Assembly (NCBI GenBank): GCA_014905635.1
Contig: JABVCE010000007.1
Coordinates: 930,001-994,000 of the forward strand
Direction of reading: 5' to 3'
Length of the DNA stretch: 64,000 nucleotides
Source of the DNA: Scenedesmus sp. PABB004
Taxonomy: Eukaryota
Shown here piece after piece: positions 1 to 12,257 of this stretch (its first letter is position 1; each line of letters starts with the position of its first letter). The position numbers and the translations under genes are program-made. The notes beneath the pieces are model-generated. The model saw only the letters and a list, made by a program, of their open reading frames with translations, had not been told where the DNA came from and ran no database searches.

Positions 1-3000
1 GAGGACGGCTGCTGGGGCGTGCTCGCCGCCGACTCCTCCGCGCCGCCCGTCGTGTTCCTGCACCGCACCCTCGACGCGCCGCGGGTGCGCCACCACGGGC
101 TGCTGCTCTTCGCCGCGCCGCGCGCGCTGCGGCCGCCCATGCGCCGCAGCGACCGCAGCCGCGCCCGACCACCCTTCCGCCGCCGCCGCCCCTCAGCACG
201 CCGTGCGCAGCCACGCGAGCGACGCGGCCGCCGAGCTGGCGGAGCTGCGGCGTCGGCTGGTGGACGGCGGCATGCGCGTCTCCTGGTACAGCCACGCCGA
301 CCCGCTCGCCGGCTTCAAGCAGCGCGTGGCGCAGGCCCTCAACCTCGGCGCCCGCGAGCCGCCGCACCGCCCCGCGTGGGACGCGGTCGCGTGGCCGGGC
401 CTGCGCCCGCTGTACCTGTCAACCCTCATGCAGCTGGGGCTGCTGCCCTCGCGCGGCATCCCGCGCCTCGTGGTGCGCGGCGCGCGGGCCTGGCCCCGCG
501 GCGGCTCCCGTCCGCTGCGCCGCGCGCCGCCGGCGCGGCCGCGCCCGTCGCACGCCCAGCCGCCCGTGTCCTTTGCTCATGCGCGCAGGACTACCTGCTG
601 CCGGACGAGAGCACCAAGGTGGTGCGCGACCAGCTCGCGGAGCTGCTCATGTCGCCGCCGCCGTACGAGGTGGCCGCCGCGACGCGCGACACCGTGCGCG
701 CGCTGCGTGAGTGCCGCGCGGCGCGGCCGCGGGGCTGCGGCCCGGCCTGCGCGCGCGCCGCGCGGCCGCCGCGCCGCTTCACACCGCGCCGCCCCGTGGG
801 CGCCCTGGCAGTGAGCCTGGCCACGCCGCTCCCTGACTACGTGGCGGGCGGCGCGGTGACGCCCAAGAAGGTCATGCTGGTGCTGGAGGCGGGCGAGGCC
901 AACGAGCGCTTCTTCCAGGCGCTCACGGGTGCGCGGCGGCGGGCGGCACGCGGCCGCGCTACCCGCGCTCGCCGCGCTGAGGGCAGGGGCTTGCCTCGAC
1001 GGCCGCGGCCGCGCTGACCGCGACCTGCCGCCCCTGCCGCCCCGCAGCCGCGCTGCAGCCCGTGGTGAGCAGCCTGGCCGACGACCGCCCCGCCGGCCTG
1101 GCGGCGTGCGTGGACGCCGTGTGGCCGCTGCTCTGCCACACCATGTCGGCCGAGCCCGGCGAGCTCACCCAGGCGGACGTGCTGGCGGCGGCGCGCGCCG
1201 CGCTGGCGGAGATCGCCGCCAAGGTGGCGCCGCCGCGCGACGCCGCGCCGGGCCTGGACAGCGGCAGCAGCGACGACGACGACGACGGCGGCAGCGCGGC
1301 CAGCGGCGCCAGCGGCAGCGCGGCGGGGGGCATCCCGCCGCATGAGGCGCTGCTCGAGGCGTTTGCGGCCAAGCAGGAGCGCTTCCGCGCCCGCGTCACC
1401 AGCGAAGCCGTCAAAGCCCAGGCTGACCAGGCGAGCCCCCTCTCGGCCAGCCCGAGTGCGGCCCTCGGCCCAGGCCGCGCTGCCGCTGCTGCCGCCGCGC
1501 GTGCTGCCGCGCCCTGACCCGCCGCCCGCCGCGCGCAGGTGGACCTGGCGTACGAGCAGCTGTTTGTGGTGCTCGACGGCCTGCTGCACACCACCACCCA
1601 GCTCGCGGCGCAGCAGGGCGCGGCGGGCGCCGTCCGGCCGGGCGAGTGGGCCAAGCTGCTGCACGCAGACGAGGTCAACGGCGCGGTGTGGCTCAAGCTG
1701 ACCCCGGCGCTGCGGTCGGCGGCGAGCAGGCCCCTGCAGCTGCTGGTCAGCACCGGGCAGCCCACAGGCCTGGCCGGCGGCGCCTACCAGCCAGCCGCGG
1801 GGGTGCGGGAGCAGCAGCTCTCGCAGCCGTACGACCGCAACGGCACGACGCACAAGCGCTCCGACCTGCGCACCTGCGACGAGCTGGAGCGCGTGCTCGC
1901 GGCATACCGGGGTGCGTGGCCGGCCTGGGCGCGGCGCCGCGGCCGCTGCACCCGGCTGCGGCGGCGACCGCAGCGCGGTCGCTCGGCAGCGCGCGCTGTC
2001 GGACCTCCCTCTGCTCACACGCTCAGCGCGCCGCCGCCTTGTTGTACGCCGCGCGCCGCAGCGGAGGTGGCGGCGGCCAACGCGGCGGCCACGCAGGTGC
2101 TGCGTGACCTGGCGCGGCTGCTGGCAACAGACATGCAGGCGCTCGCGGCAGCGGTGCAGCTCGGCATCCTGCTCCGGGCACTGGTGGACCACGCGCGCTG
2201 CGCCTCGCGCTCGGGCTGGTCGGTGCCGCTGGTCGGGTGCGCGGAGCAGGAGCCGCAGCTGGCGGGGCAGCGCGAGTGGGCGGCGGCGGCCGCTGCGGGC
2301 GGGCAGGGCTTCAGCGGGCTGTTCAGGCTGCAGGGCCTCTGGCCGTACTGGATGTCGGCGGCCGACGCGGCGACGGTGAAGAACGACGTGGCCATCGACG
2401 GCTTCATGCTGCTCACGGGGCCCAACATGGCTGGTGCGCCGCGCCGCCCGAGCACCGCCCGGCGCCGCTGCAGCGGCGGCCGCCCCACGCGCGCTGTGCG
2501 CCGCCGCCGCCGCCGCCGCCGCCGCCGTCCCGTGGGCAGGCAAGTCCACCGTGCTGCGCGCCGTCGCGGCGGCCGCGCTGTGCGGCTCCGTGGGCCTCGC
2601 CGTGCCCGCCGCGCCGGGGTCGCTGCTGCCGCAGCTTGACGCCGTGATGCTGCGCACGTTCAGCGGCGACGCGCCGCAGCAGGGCCTCAGCGCATACGGC
2701 GTGGAGATGCGGGAGATGCGGTGCGGCGCGGCGCGGGCTGCGGGCGGCCGCACGGGCGGCGCTGCCGCGCTCGCTGTGCTGCCCTGCGCTGCGGGCGATG
2801 ACGCGCTGTCCGCGCCTGCCCTGCAGCTTCGTGCTGGGCGACGTGCGCCGCCGCTCGCTGGTGCTCGTGGACGAGCTGGGCAAGGGCACCGAGGTGGTGT
2901 GGGGCACGGCCATTGCCTCGGGCATGCTGCGCAGCCTGGCGGCGTCGGGCGCGAGGTGCGTGCGGGCGGCGGCGGCCGGGGCGGGCCCGCCGCGCGGGGC

Positions 3001-4065
3001 GCGGCCGTCTCACGCGCCGCGCGCCCCGCCGCCGCCCGCCCCGCCGCCAGCGGCATCTTTGCCACCCACCTCCACCTGCTGCTTGACCTCCTGGCCGGCG
3101 CGCCTCGGCTTGCACCCTTCCGCATGGAGGTGGTGGAGCGGGAGCTGGCGGCCGACGGCAGCCGCGGCCTCAGGCCCACCTGGCGCCTGCTGCCGGGCGC
3201 GTGCACCGAGAGCCTGGCGCTGGAGGTGGCCGGCCAGCAGGGCGTGCCCGCCGAGGTGCTGCGCCAGGCAGTGGCAGACTTCGAGCAGCTGCAGCGCCTG
3301 GGCGCCCACAGCGCGCTCATCCGCGCGGCAGCGGGGCTCGCGACGGGCGCCGGCGGGCAGCAGCAGGGGCAGGGGCAGGGGCAGGGGCAGCAGCAGCAGG
3401 GGCAGGAGCAGGAGCAGCAGGGACAGGAACAGCAGCAGGGACAGGAGCAGCAGCAGCAGGAGCAGCAGCAGGTGCCGACGGACGCCGCTTTACGGCCGCC
3501 CTCGCCGCCAAGGCGCACGCGGCGTGCCATGCTGCGCGCTGCGTCAGACGGCAGCGACGGCGGCGACGGCAGCGACGGCAGCGACGGCGAGGAGCCTGGC
3601 GCCTGCGCGGCGGCCACGCCGGCAGAGGGCGTCGTGGGCCGCGCGGAGCAGGACCGCCGCGCGCGCGTGCTGCTCGCGCAGGTGGCGCTCGGGCTGCCGC
3701 TCGACCCGCACGCGCCCCAGCCGGCGCCCGCGCCCGGCGGCAGCGGCGAGGGCGTGGTGCACCACCTCGGCCGCGACGTGCAGCCGCCGCCGGCGCACGA
3801 GGCGGCGGACGTGGTCTACGCGGTGCGCTACCGCGACGGCCGCTGGCACGCGGGCGAGTCGCAGGGCGTGCGGCGGCGGCGCCGCGAGCACCGCGCCAGG
3901 CGGCTCGGCGGCGGCGCGGCGGGCGGGGAGGAGATGTGGTACGTCGTGCTCGAGCCGGCGCGGCAGGACCGCAAGGCGCTGCAGGGCAGCCTGATCAGGG
4001 CGATGGCGGGCGCGGGCATCCCGCTCGTCTCGACGCACGACGCGCACTTTGCGCGCAAGAAGTGA
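1..4065 (+). CDS. MSH1: MutS homolog 1 (organellar, plant-type MSH1) with C-terminal GIY-YIG-like domain; 5'-partial, multi-exon
   Basis: Spliced exons give LLTGPNMA|GKST (Walker A), LVLVDELGKGTE (Walker B), GIFATHLH and CTESLALEVA, then VYAVRYRDGRWHAGES...REH, typical of the MSH1 GIY-YIG tail; TGA at 4063-4065. Confidence 0.88.
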
Positions 4066-4831
4066 GGGCGGTGCCTGCGGTGGCGGCGGCGGCAGAGAGT
4101 TGCGCGGGCGAGTTGCCGCAACCGACCGAGCGCCCGCAGGGCACAAGCGGCGCTGCGCCGCCGCGCCGGCGGGCCGCGCGCCGCCGCCGCAGCAGCCAGC
4201 CGCGTGCCCGCTGGCGCCAGTGCGTCTTGCGAAGGCTGAAGCCCGGGATCGCACAGCCCGGCGCGCAGCATCGCGCGGCTACAGCAGCAGCAGCAGCAGC
4301 AGTCGGCGAGCAGTCGGCCAGCAGCGCGCCCGAGCCAGCAGCCGGGGCGCTGGCATACATCAGATTCTGCGGAGAGAGAGGCAGCGCCGACACCGACCGG
4401 GCAGCAGAGCGCTTTTGGCCGTCTCCATCTCGCCGCGCTCGCTCGCCAGCGCGCACCGCCCGTCGGCTGACCGAGCGGCCCGCACCACCCTCACAGCAGC
4501 TGCACGCCGGTGAGCGCGGCGCTCCAGCGGCGGCGCCGCGCCGGGCGCCGCTGCTGCGCCGCCGGGCGCCCGCGGCGCTGGGCTGCCCACCGCGCGGCCC
4601 GCGCCCACCGCAGGCGCCTGGCGGGTCGCTCCTGGCGACGCCTCGCGACGTGCGCAGCGCTCCAGGGACGCACGCATTGGCGCCGGCCCGCGGCAGCGAC
4701 AGCGGCGGCGGCGGCCGCGCGGGCGGCCGGCGGCTGGCGCGGGCGGGGGCATGTGCACGCGACGACAATAGCACGCAACCACACCCCACCATTGCGGCGG
4801 CCGGCCGGGCCCGCGGCCGCGCTGTGGGCGC

Positions 4832-6013
4832 ATGCTGAGCCAGGCGCCGGACGGCGCCGCCGCGCCCGGCGCCGGCGGCGCTGCCGGCGACGCCCGCGGC
4901 GGCGGCCCGCCGCTGCCCTGGGTGCGGCCGCGGCCCGGCATCATGGGCGTGGCGGCGTCTGAGTTCCGGTGGCTGCAGGCGCAGCCCGAGGTCGGGCTGG
5001 TGTGGGACAGCACGCTCGCGGACGACGCGGAGCAGGCCAAGGTGCGCCCGCGTGGCGCCACCTCCCGCCGGCGCGCCGCGCGCGCGCCCCGCGCGGTGGC
5101 CGCCGCCGCCCACCGCGCCCGCCCCCTGCCCCGCCCCGCCCGCGCCGCGCAGGCCGCGCGCGACCTGATCGCGCGCGCGCTGTCGGCGCCGCTGCTGCCG
5201 GCGCAGCAGCACGCGGTGCTCGCGCAGCTCGAGGCGGACCCCAAGCTCGTGCACCGCGTCGGCCTGCGCCCCGAGCAGCTGCCCGCGCTCGTTGAGCACA
5301 CGCCGGTGCTCGCGTACGAGCTGCTGCTGCGCCTCGTGGGCAGCCAGAGCATACAGCCCTACTACCAGGCACGCAGCCCGGCGCCAGCGCTGCGCCGCCC
5401 GCGGCCGCGCCCTCCGCCGCTGCGCCCGTCGCCGCGCGCCGCCGCGCCCGCCGCCGCGCGCCGCCGCGCGCTGACGGCCGCCCGCCCGGCGCGGCAGGTG
5501 CTCGCGCGCATGGAGCTGTCGCTGCACTCGATGGAGGTCGTCAACCGCCTCACCTCAGCCGCCGACCTGCCGGCCGAGTTTGTGCAGCTCTACGTCACAA
5601 ACTGCATCAACGCCTGCGAGGGCATCAAGGCGCGCGCGCGGCGGCCGCGGCGCTGCGCGCAGCCGCGGCGCTGCCCGAGCAAGGGCCTGCCGCCGCCGCC
5701 GCTCAGCACCGCCGCCGCCCCCTCCGCCGCCCGCGCCGCGCGCTCCGCTCTCACACCGCCGCGCCCGCCGCGTGCGTGCGCGTGCGGCGCTTGCAGGACA
5801 AGTACCTGCAGAACCGGCTGGTGCGCCTGGTGTGCGTGTTCCTGCAGAGCCTCATGCGGCACCGCGCGCCCGACATCGCGGCGCTGCTGCACGAGGTGCA
5901 GGCGTTCTGCATCAACTTCAGCCGCATCCGCGAGGCCGCGACGCTCTTCAGGGTGCTGAAGCAGATGGAGGCCGGCGGCGGCGGCGGGCCGGGCAGCAGC
6001 GCGAGCGGCAGCA

Positions 6014-6044
<31 letters not shown>

Positions 6045-6069
6045 TGACGGCGCCGGGGGCCCCCTGTGA
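4832..6069 (+). CDS. CNOT11: CCR4-NOT complex subunit 11 (start uncertain, N-terminal part may be missing)
   Basis: Exons encode [59 protein letters not shown] and [11 protein letters not shown], the conserved CNOT11 C-terminal domain. Confidence 0.85.
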
Positions 6070-6209
6070 CGCGCCGGTGGCGCGGCGCCGCCGGGATCGC
6101 GGCGCGCGCGCGCGCGAGGCGACGCGAGCGTTGCAGCTGCTGACCGCTCGCCGGTGGGCAAGCCTGATCGCTCGCTCCCCAGCCCGGCCGCCTCCACGGC
6201 CAGCGAACG

Positions 6210-6545
6210 CGGCGGCACCTGGCCGGGCGCCGCAGCCGCCAACCTGCCAGCCCGCTCAGTCGGCTGCTGGGGGACGGCGAGGGAGAAGCGCCTTGCTGCC
6301 TCGCCTGCCGCCTGCCGAGGGGGCGCGGCCGCCCGCTGGCCTCTGCAGTGGTGCCGCGGGGGGGCGATCGCGCGCGCTGCGTGCGTTGCCGCCGCGTGCT
6401 CTTTGCACACGCGCACCGCTCGCTCGCCTCCCATCCAGGGTCTCCAATGATACATCAGCGCGGCACACGTCTCGCAGTGCCGCGCCGCGCCCCCACGACG
6501 CCCCGCCGCTGCCGCGCGCTCGCGCCGCTGCCGGCTCGCGCGGCA
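6210..6545 (-). repeat. Diverged inverted duplicate of the HGD last codons and 3' UTR (34140-34470)
   Basis: Reverse complement contains GTGGGGGCGCGGCGCGGCACTGCGAGACGTGTG, identical to 34179-34211, with flanking similarity that weakens towards 6210. Confidence 0.8.
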
Positions 6546-6794
6546 GCCGCCGCCCCGACTCGCCGCCGCCGGAACTCAGGTAGCTAGTGGTACAACAGCA
6601 CCGCGTGTTGATACAACGAGGGCCGCACAACGAGACAACGGCCCAAAACCCGCGCTGCGCGCGCCGTGACGCCCGACCCACGTGGGGGCCCCTCGCAGCG
6701 TGCTCTTTCAACGCCGGGCGGTGGTGGTGATGGTGATGGTGGTGATGATGCTCCCCGCCCCCCGCGCGGCGGTCCCCGCCCCAGCCCGCGCTCG

Positions 6795-9342
6795 CTACCG
6801 CGCCTTCAGCAGCCCGGCGTAGCCCTGAAGCTGCTCCAGGCCGGCCTGCGCGCGGCGCGGCGGCGGCGCGGCCGCACGGCGGCGGCGGCGCGCTCAGCCT
6901 CGCCCGCGTGTGGGGTTGGCCCGGCGGGGCCGGGCGGGCGCCCTCGAGCACGCCGGCGCGGGCGCAGGGCCTCCCGGCCCCCGCGCACGCGCACCCACAC
7001 CCACGCGGCGCACCTCAAAGCTCTCCAGCACGTAGTACCGCGCCTGCGCCCGGGCGAGCGGCAGCGGCGGCGGCGGTCGACAGTCGCGGCCCGGAACGCA
7101 CACCGCCGGCCCGCGCGCGCGGGCGCCGCGCGGCGCTGCAGTGGCTGCAGTGGCTGCCAGGCTGGCGGCGGGCCGCACCTGGTAGCCGTCGCGGTAGCTC
7201 ATCTTGGGGAGCGGCGCGGCCGGGTCAAACGCGGACAGCTCTGCGCCGCCCTGTGCGCGCGGCGGCGGCGGCGGCGCGCGCTCGGCGGCGGCGGCGGCGC
7301 GCGCTCGGCGGCGGCGCGCGCGGGCGGCGCGCGAGCAGCGCGCGCGCCGGCGCAGGGCCGGGGATGTGGGGCGTCGCACCGCGGCCATGTGCTCGAGCTC
7401 GCCAAAGCTGCTCAGCACGCCGGCGCCAAAGGCCTTCACGCCGGCTCCCTCGCGCACCACGCCAAACTCTACTGTGTACCTGTGCCGGGAGGGGGCGCGC
7501 GGCGGCGTGTGGCGCAGGGCGCGTGGGCGACCGGGCGGCGCGCGGGCGCGCAGCCGCGGCGCGCCGGCGCCGCGCGGCGCGCCGGCCAGCGCGCGGGCGC
7601 GGCGGTGCGCACCAGTAGACCTTGGTGAGGTGCCTGATGGTCGCCTCGTCGGCGCCGAGGCTCGCCTCCCCGATCGCCTGCACCATGCCCGCAAACGCGG
7701 GCACCGCCAGCATGGGCACGTGGCCGATGAGCTCTGCATGCCCCCGGGCGCGGCGCGGCGGGTGGGCGCGCGGGGACGGCGCGCGGGGACGGCGCGCGGG
7801 GCGGGCGCGCGTGGCGCTGCTGCGGCGCCGCGGCGGGCGCTGGGGGCTCAGGGTTGAGGGTTCAGCGCGCACAGCACGCGCACGCACCGTGCACGACGTC
7901 GGGCTCGGGCGTATATGCCGGCATCCTGCGGGCGGCGCGGCGCGGCGTGGCGCGCCCGCACGGGGGCCTGCGTCGGCCACGCTGGCGTGGCCCTGCGCGC
8001 CCTGCGCCGCCCTGCCCTGCCCAGGGCCCCGGCCGCGTGGGGTGCGCGCCGCCGGGCGCCGCGGCCGCAAACTCACGAGCTGTGTCGCACATACTGCGTG
8101 CTGTGAAAGTACTTGAACGCAAGGCCGGCAAGGAACTCACGCGAGCTCATCAGGCCCGCGACCGGGCGGACCTGGGGGCACAGCGCAGGCCGCGCGGGCC
8201 GTCGCGTCGGAATGTGGGCTCGCGCGGCGGCAGCGGCGCGCGGCGCGCGCCGCGTGTGCGACCAGCCGCCAGAGCCTGGCGGCTGCGGCCGGCCGCACCC
8301 GCCAGCCGGTCGCGTCAGCGAGGACGTCAGAGACGTCTTGCAGCTGCGGCACCTCGTCCTCCCTGCGGCGGCGCGCGGGCGGCGCGTTCGCGGCCGCGGC
8401 CGCGCCTAGCCCGGGTGGCCCCGCGCCGCCGCCGCCGCCGCACCTGAAGCCGAAGCGGGGCAGCGCGGCGTTGAACGCGGCGCACGCGTGCGCTGGGAAG
8501 AGGCGGCGCAGCGAGCCCAGCGCGGTGCCCCACACCGCCGTCTCCTCGCGCGAGTACTCGACGCGGGGGATGGGCTCGCCCCTGCGCCGGCGCGCGTGCG
8601 GCCGCGCGTCGGACCAGGGACGACGCCGCGCGGCGCGCGCCCCCGCGCCCCCGCGCGGGCGCCGGCTCGCTCACACTTCGTGGCGGCGCGCGATGTCGGC
8701 GATGGCCACGCGGCGCCGCTTGTAGTCGGCGTCGTGGAAGCCCTGGCGTGCGCGCGGGCGGGCGCCGGCGTGGTCGCGCGAGCCCCGGCGTGGCCGCGGC
8801 CGCACGCTGGCGCGCCGGCGCTGCGCCCACCGGGTGGTCCTCCGCGAGGTCCGCCCCGAAGCCCAGGATCTTGCCGTTGTCGACGTCCGCGATGGAGGCG
8901 GGCACACGCTCGCTGCGCTGGCCTCTGGCTGTGCCGTTGGGCGCCGCGGGCGCTGCGCTCGCCGCGGCAGCAGCACGCTGGCCCGTGGCCGCGGCGGCCC
9001 GGTGGTGCTGTGCCACGCCTGCGTCGGAAAGGCAGAGAGGGCGGTGTGTGAGGCAGCCGGTCGCATGGGGCGCCGCAGCGTGCCCGGTGGCGGCGCGGCG
9101 TGTGGGGGTTGCGCCGCCGCCGCGCGCCGCAGGCCCGCCCGCGTCCCGTGCGGCCGCTGCCGCGCGCTCGTCGACCAGCCCGGCCCCGCCCGCGAGCACG
9201 CGCGGCCGGCAGCTGCGCGTGCGCGGGCTGCGAGGATGCCGCCGTGGCGCCCACCTGGCGCGCCCCGCCTCGCCGTCCCTGCCGCCGGTCGGGGCGTGCG
9301 TGGGCTTCCGCTCGTCAGGCCGGGCGGCCGGCAGAGCAGCAT
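6795..9342 (-). CDS. PAH: Phenylalanine hydroxylase (pterin/folate-dependent aromatic amino acid hydroxylase) with likely transit peptide
   Basis: Exons: [62 protein letters not shown] (Fe ligands), YTVEFG...[16 protein letters not shown] at 6795-6797. Confidence 0.92.
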
Positions 9343-10081
9343 GGCTGCAGAGCGGCGGCGGCGCGCCGGCGTGTGCGTCGTCGGCGACGCGGGCCACCGA
9401 CTGCGCTGCGGACGGCTCGCTGCAAGCTGGGGGGCGTCTGGGGACGAACGTGCGCACGAGACAGTTCAGTTCTTCGCCGCGCCGCCGCGGGAACCCGTCG
9501 CGCGACACAGAACCTCGACCGCCCACCCGCGCTGCGCGGCGCACTGCTCAACCGGCGCCAGGACACGTGCACAGCCAAGCGCCCGCCCTCAGAAGTTTTC
9601 AAGCCCCAGACCACAGCACACACAGATCCACAAAATCAAGCCGTGCGCAGCCAGCACAGGACTGTGCTCGCCGCGCCCGCAGCACCCACCATGCAACAAG
9701 CCGCGCGTCCGCCCACCCGCCCACAGCTCAGAGCGCAGCCTGTGTGCTGGCCCGTCCGGGGCCCCCCTTCCCGCCTCAAATGGCAGCGGGCACGCGCCGC
9801 GCCACAACGTCTCCCTCCCAGCCAACTTCCGCACAACGCCACATATGGCACAAGCAGTGCGTTCAAGCGGAGCAGCGCCCGTGCGGCTGGGGAGGTGGGC
9901 GGAGCAGTGCAGTCTGCCGTCGGCGGCGCCGCCGTCTCGCATGCGCGGCACGCGTCGGGAGGGAGGGAAATCGCGACCCCGCACCACCAGTGAAGAACGG
10001 AGAATGGCCCATGAGGCCAACCGGCGCGTCCATGCGCCATCATTTGCAGCCGACGCAGGCGGCGGCTCAAGCCTAGCAGGC

Positions 10082-11432
10082 TCACAGGGCGAGGAGCTGT
10101 GCGGCCAGCTGCGCCACGGCCGCGCCGCCGGGCGCGCCCGCAGCGCCGTCCGCCCGGAGGGCTGCCGACCAGGCCGCCAGCTCGCCGGCGGCGAGCGCGG
10201 GCGCGCTGCTCTGGTCCAGTGCGTCGTGCAGGCGCGTCAGGGCGCCGGCAAGGCCCTCCAGCACCGGCAGCACGTCCGCGCGCCAACCGAACCGGCCCGC
10301 GGCGGGCCCGCCGCCGCCCGCGCCTGGCGCGGCGGCTTGCGGCTGCGTGGACATCCCCACCAGCGTGCCCAGCAGCCGGGCCGCCGCCCAGTGCGCGGCG
10401 GCCGCCGAGGGTGCGTCGAGGCAGCAGGCGGGCGCCAGCAGCCGGCCCTGCCTGAACTCTGACAGCCAGCGCACCATGTCGGCCGCGGCGCACGACTCGG
10501 CCGGCCCGCCCGCCAGCAGCGCCGCGTGCAGGCTGAGCGACGCAGCGACGCAGTGCTGCAGGAACGCCAGCGCCCTGCCGCGCTGTGCGCCCGGGCCCAG
10601 GAACGCGCCGGCGCCGCTCGGCACAGCCCTGGCGCCCGCCGCGCCCTCGCCAGAGCCACCTGCCAGCAGGAACTGCCTGGCGGCGGGCTCCACCACCAGC
10701 GCCCGCTTGCCGGGCCGGGGGGCCTCCGCGGCGCTGCCAGGGCGCTTGCCGCCGCCGGCGCCTGAGCTGCCGTGCCAGGCGCCGTCGTCGTCGCTAGTGA
10801 AAGCTTCTGGGCTGCTTGCTGCCCAGCAGGCTGGGTCCAGGAGCAGGAGGAGGTCGGCCGCGGGCAGCTGCAGCCCCCCGCCCGGGGCGCCGCCCGCCCA
10901 CTCGACGGCGCAGTCGTCGCCCGGCGTGCGCCGCTCCTCCTCTGCCTCCCGCAGGGGGCCGCTGTGTGCGCTGGCGTCGCTGGGCCAGGTTTCGAGCACG
11001 GACGGCTGCGGCGTGCTGCACTCCCGGAGCGCCGGCACCATGCCCAGCAGCTCGCGGAACATCGCCTCCTCCACCTCCGCGTCGCTGCCGCAGCCGCTCC
11101 CGCTGCCGCTGCCGCTGCTGCTGCCGCTGCGGCAGGCACCCTCGCCGCGCGCCGGGGGGCTGGGCAGCGCTGCCGGCGGCCGGCGCGCCATGGCGCCGCT
11201 GCGCTTCCGCGCCGCGCGCGCGCAAGGCAGCTGGCCCGCCGGCGGCGGCGCGGCGGCGGCCTTGGCCGCGAGCTGCGCGAGGAACTCGTCCAGCCGCCGG
11301 TCCACGTCGGGGTTGTCCAGCGGGTACGCCCCTGGCGGGTAGTTGGTCTTCAGGGCCTTGGCCGGTGTGCGGCCGTGCAGCCGCAGCGCGACCTAGTCGT
11401 ACGCGAGCCGCGCCTCGTGCGGCGTCGCAAAG
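10082..11432 (-). pseudogene. 3' part of an AP2/ERF-like transcription factor gene with an in-frame TAG; AP2 beta-sheet exon absent
   Basis: After a CAG acceptor the frame reads FATPHEARLAYD*VALRLHGRTPAKALKTNYP (AP2 helix pattern F.T.EEAARAYD.AAL...G..AK.NFP), then stays open ~430 codons; TAG at 11393-11395. Confidence 0.62.
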
Positions 11433-11589
11433 CTGCGAGCGGCGGGGGCGGCGGCAAGCGTGAGCGATAAAGGCGGAGAGGTGGGATGAGGGAGGCGGGC
11501 TGCGGGCGGGCGCGGCGGCGGCACCGGCAGCACCAGCAGCGGCACCGGCCGCGGCAGCGGCACGCCTCGCCGCCCGTGCTCGGTGCTCA

Positions 11590-11800
11590 GGCAGCGGCTG
11601 CACTGCACATCCGGGCCGCCCGGGGCGTGGCGCAGGCCTTTTGACGGGTGACGGGGCGCGGCCGGGACGCCCACGCCGCGCGCCCTGTTCTTGGCGCGCA
11701 TGGTCTCCACGCAGCCGAAGCAGACGCGGTGGCTGCAGGGAACGAAGGCGATCGAGACGGGGACGTCGTCGCGGCAAATGGCGCACTCCTTCTCGCTGCG
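11590..11800 (-). pseudogene. RING-HC (C3HC4) zinc-finger fragment
   Basis: ECAICRDDVPVSIAFVPCSHRVCFGCVETMRAKN with a possible distal CSRC; no clear in-frame ATG. Confidence 0.6.
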
Positions 11801-12080
11801 CGCGCCGCCGCCGCCGCTGCCGCGCTGAGGGCGATCGCGGCGCGGCCCCGGCCCCACACGCTGGCGGTGAAGGCCTCATTCCAGATGCGCTGCGAGAGCA
11901 GGTCGAGCAGGTGCAGCAGCGCGCAGCCCCGCCCCCCGCAGCGGCTCCCAGGCCGGTGTTCGATCAGCAGCTACTGCCCTCGCAGCTGCTGCCTCTCCGC
12001 GGGCAGCGGGCGCCGCGCCGGCCCATAATGCGCGCCAAGAGCGCACTGACGCGGGCCCTGGGCGAAGCGATGACGGCGGC

Positions 12081-12118
12081 GACGTCACGATGTCACGACG
12101 TCACGACGTCACGACGTC
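12081..12118 (+). promoter_or_regulatory. Five tandem GACGTCAC (ACGT-core) units upstream of the ELIP-like pseudogene
   Basis: GACGTCAC GATGTCAC GACGTCAC GACGTCAC GACGTC, followed by CATAAG and an ATG at 12258. Confidence 0.5.
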
Positions 12119-12257
12119 TCCCCGCGGCCATAAGAGCGCCCAGCCCGCCCGCCCGCCCCCAAAGTCGCCCTCCGCCGCCGACCTGGCACTCAGGCCGCAC
12201 ACACAGCCCGCACACAGCCCGCCGCGCCCGCCGCGCCGCGCCGCCGCCGCCGCTGCG

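Noticed and set aside
11393..11395. TAG reassignment (alternative nuclear genetic code)
   Set aside because: TAG is the evident terminator of PAH, DGAT1 and the large kinase, and I saw no other internal TAG in conserved exons
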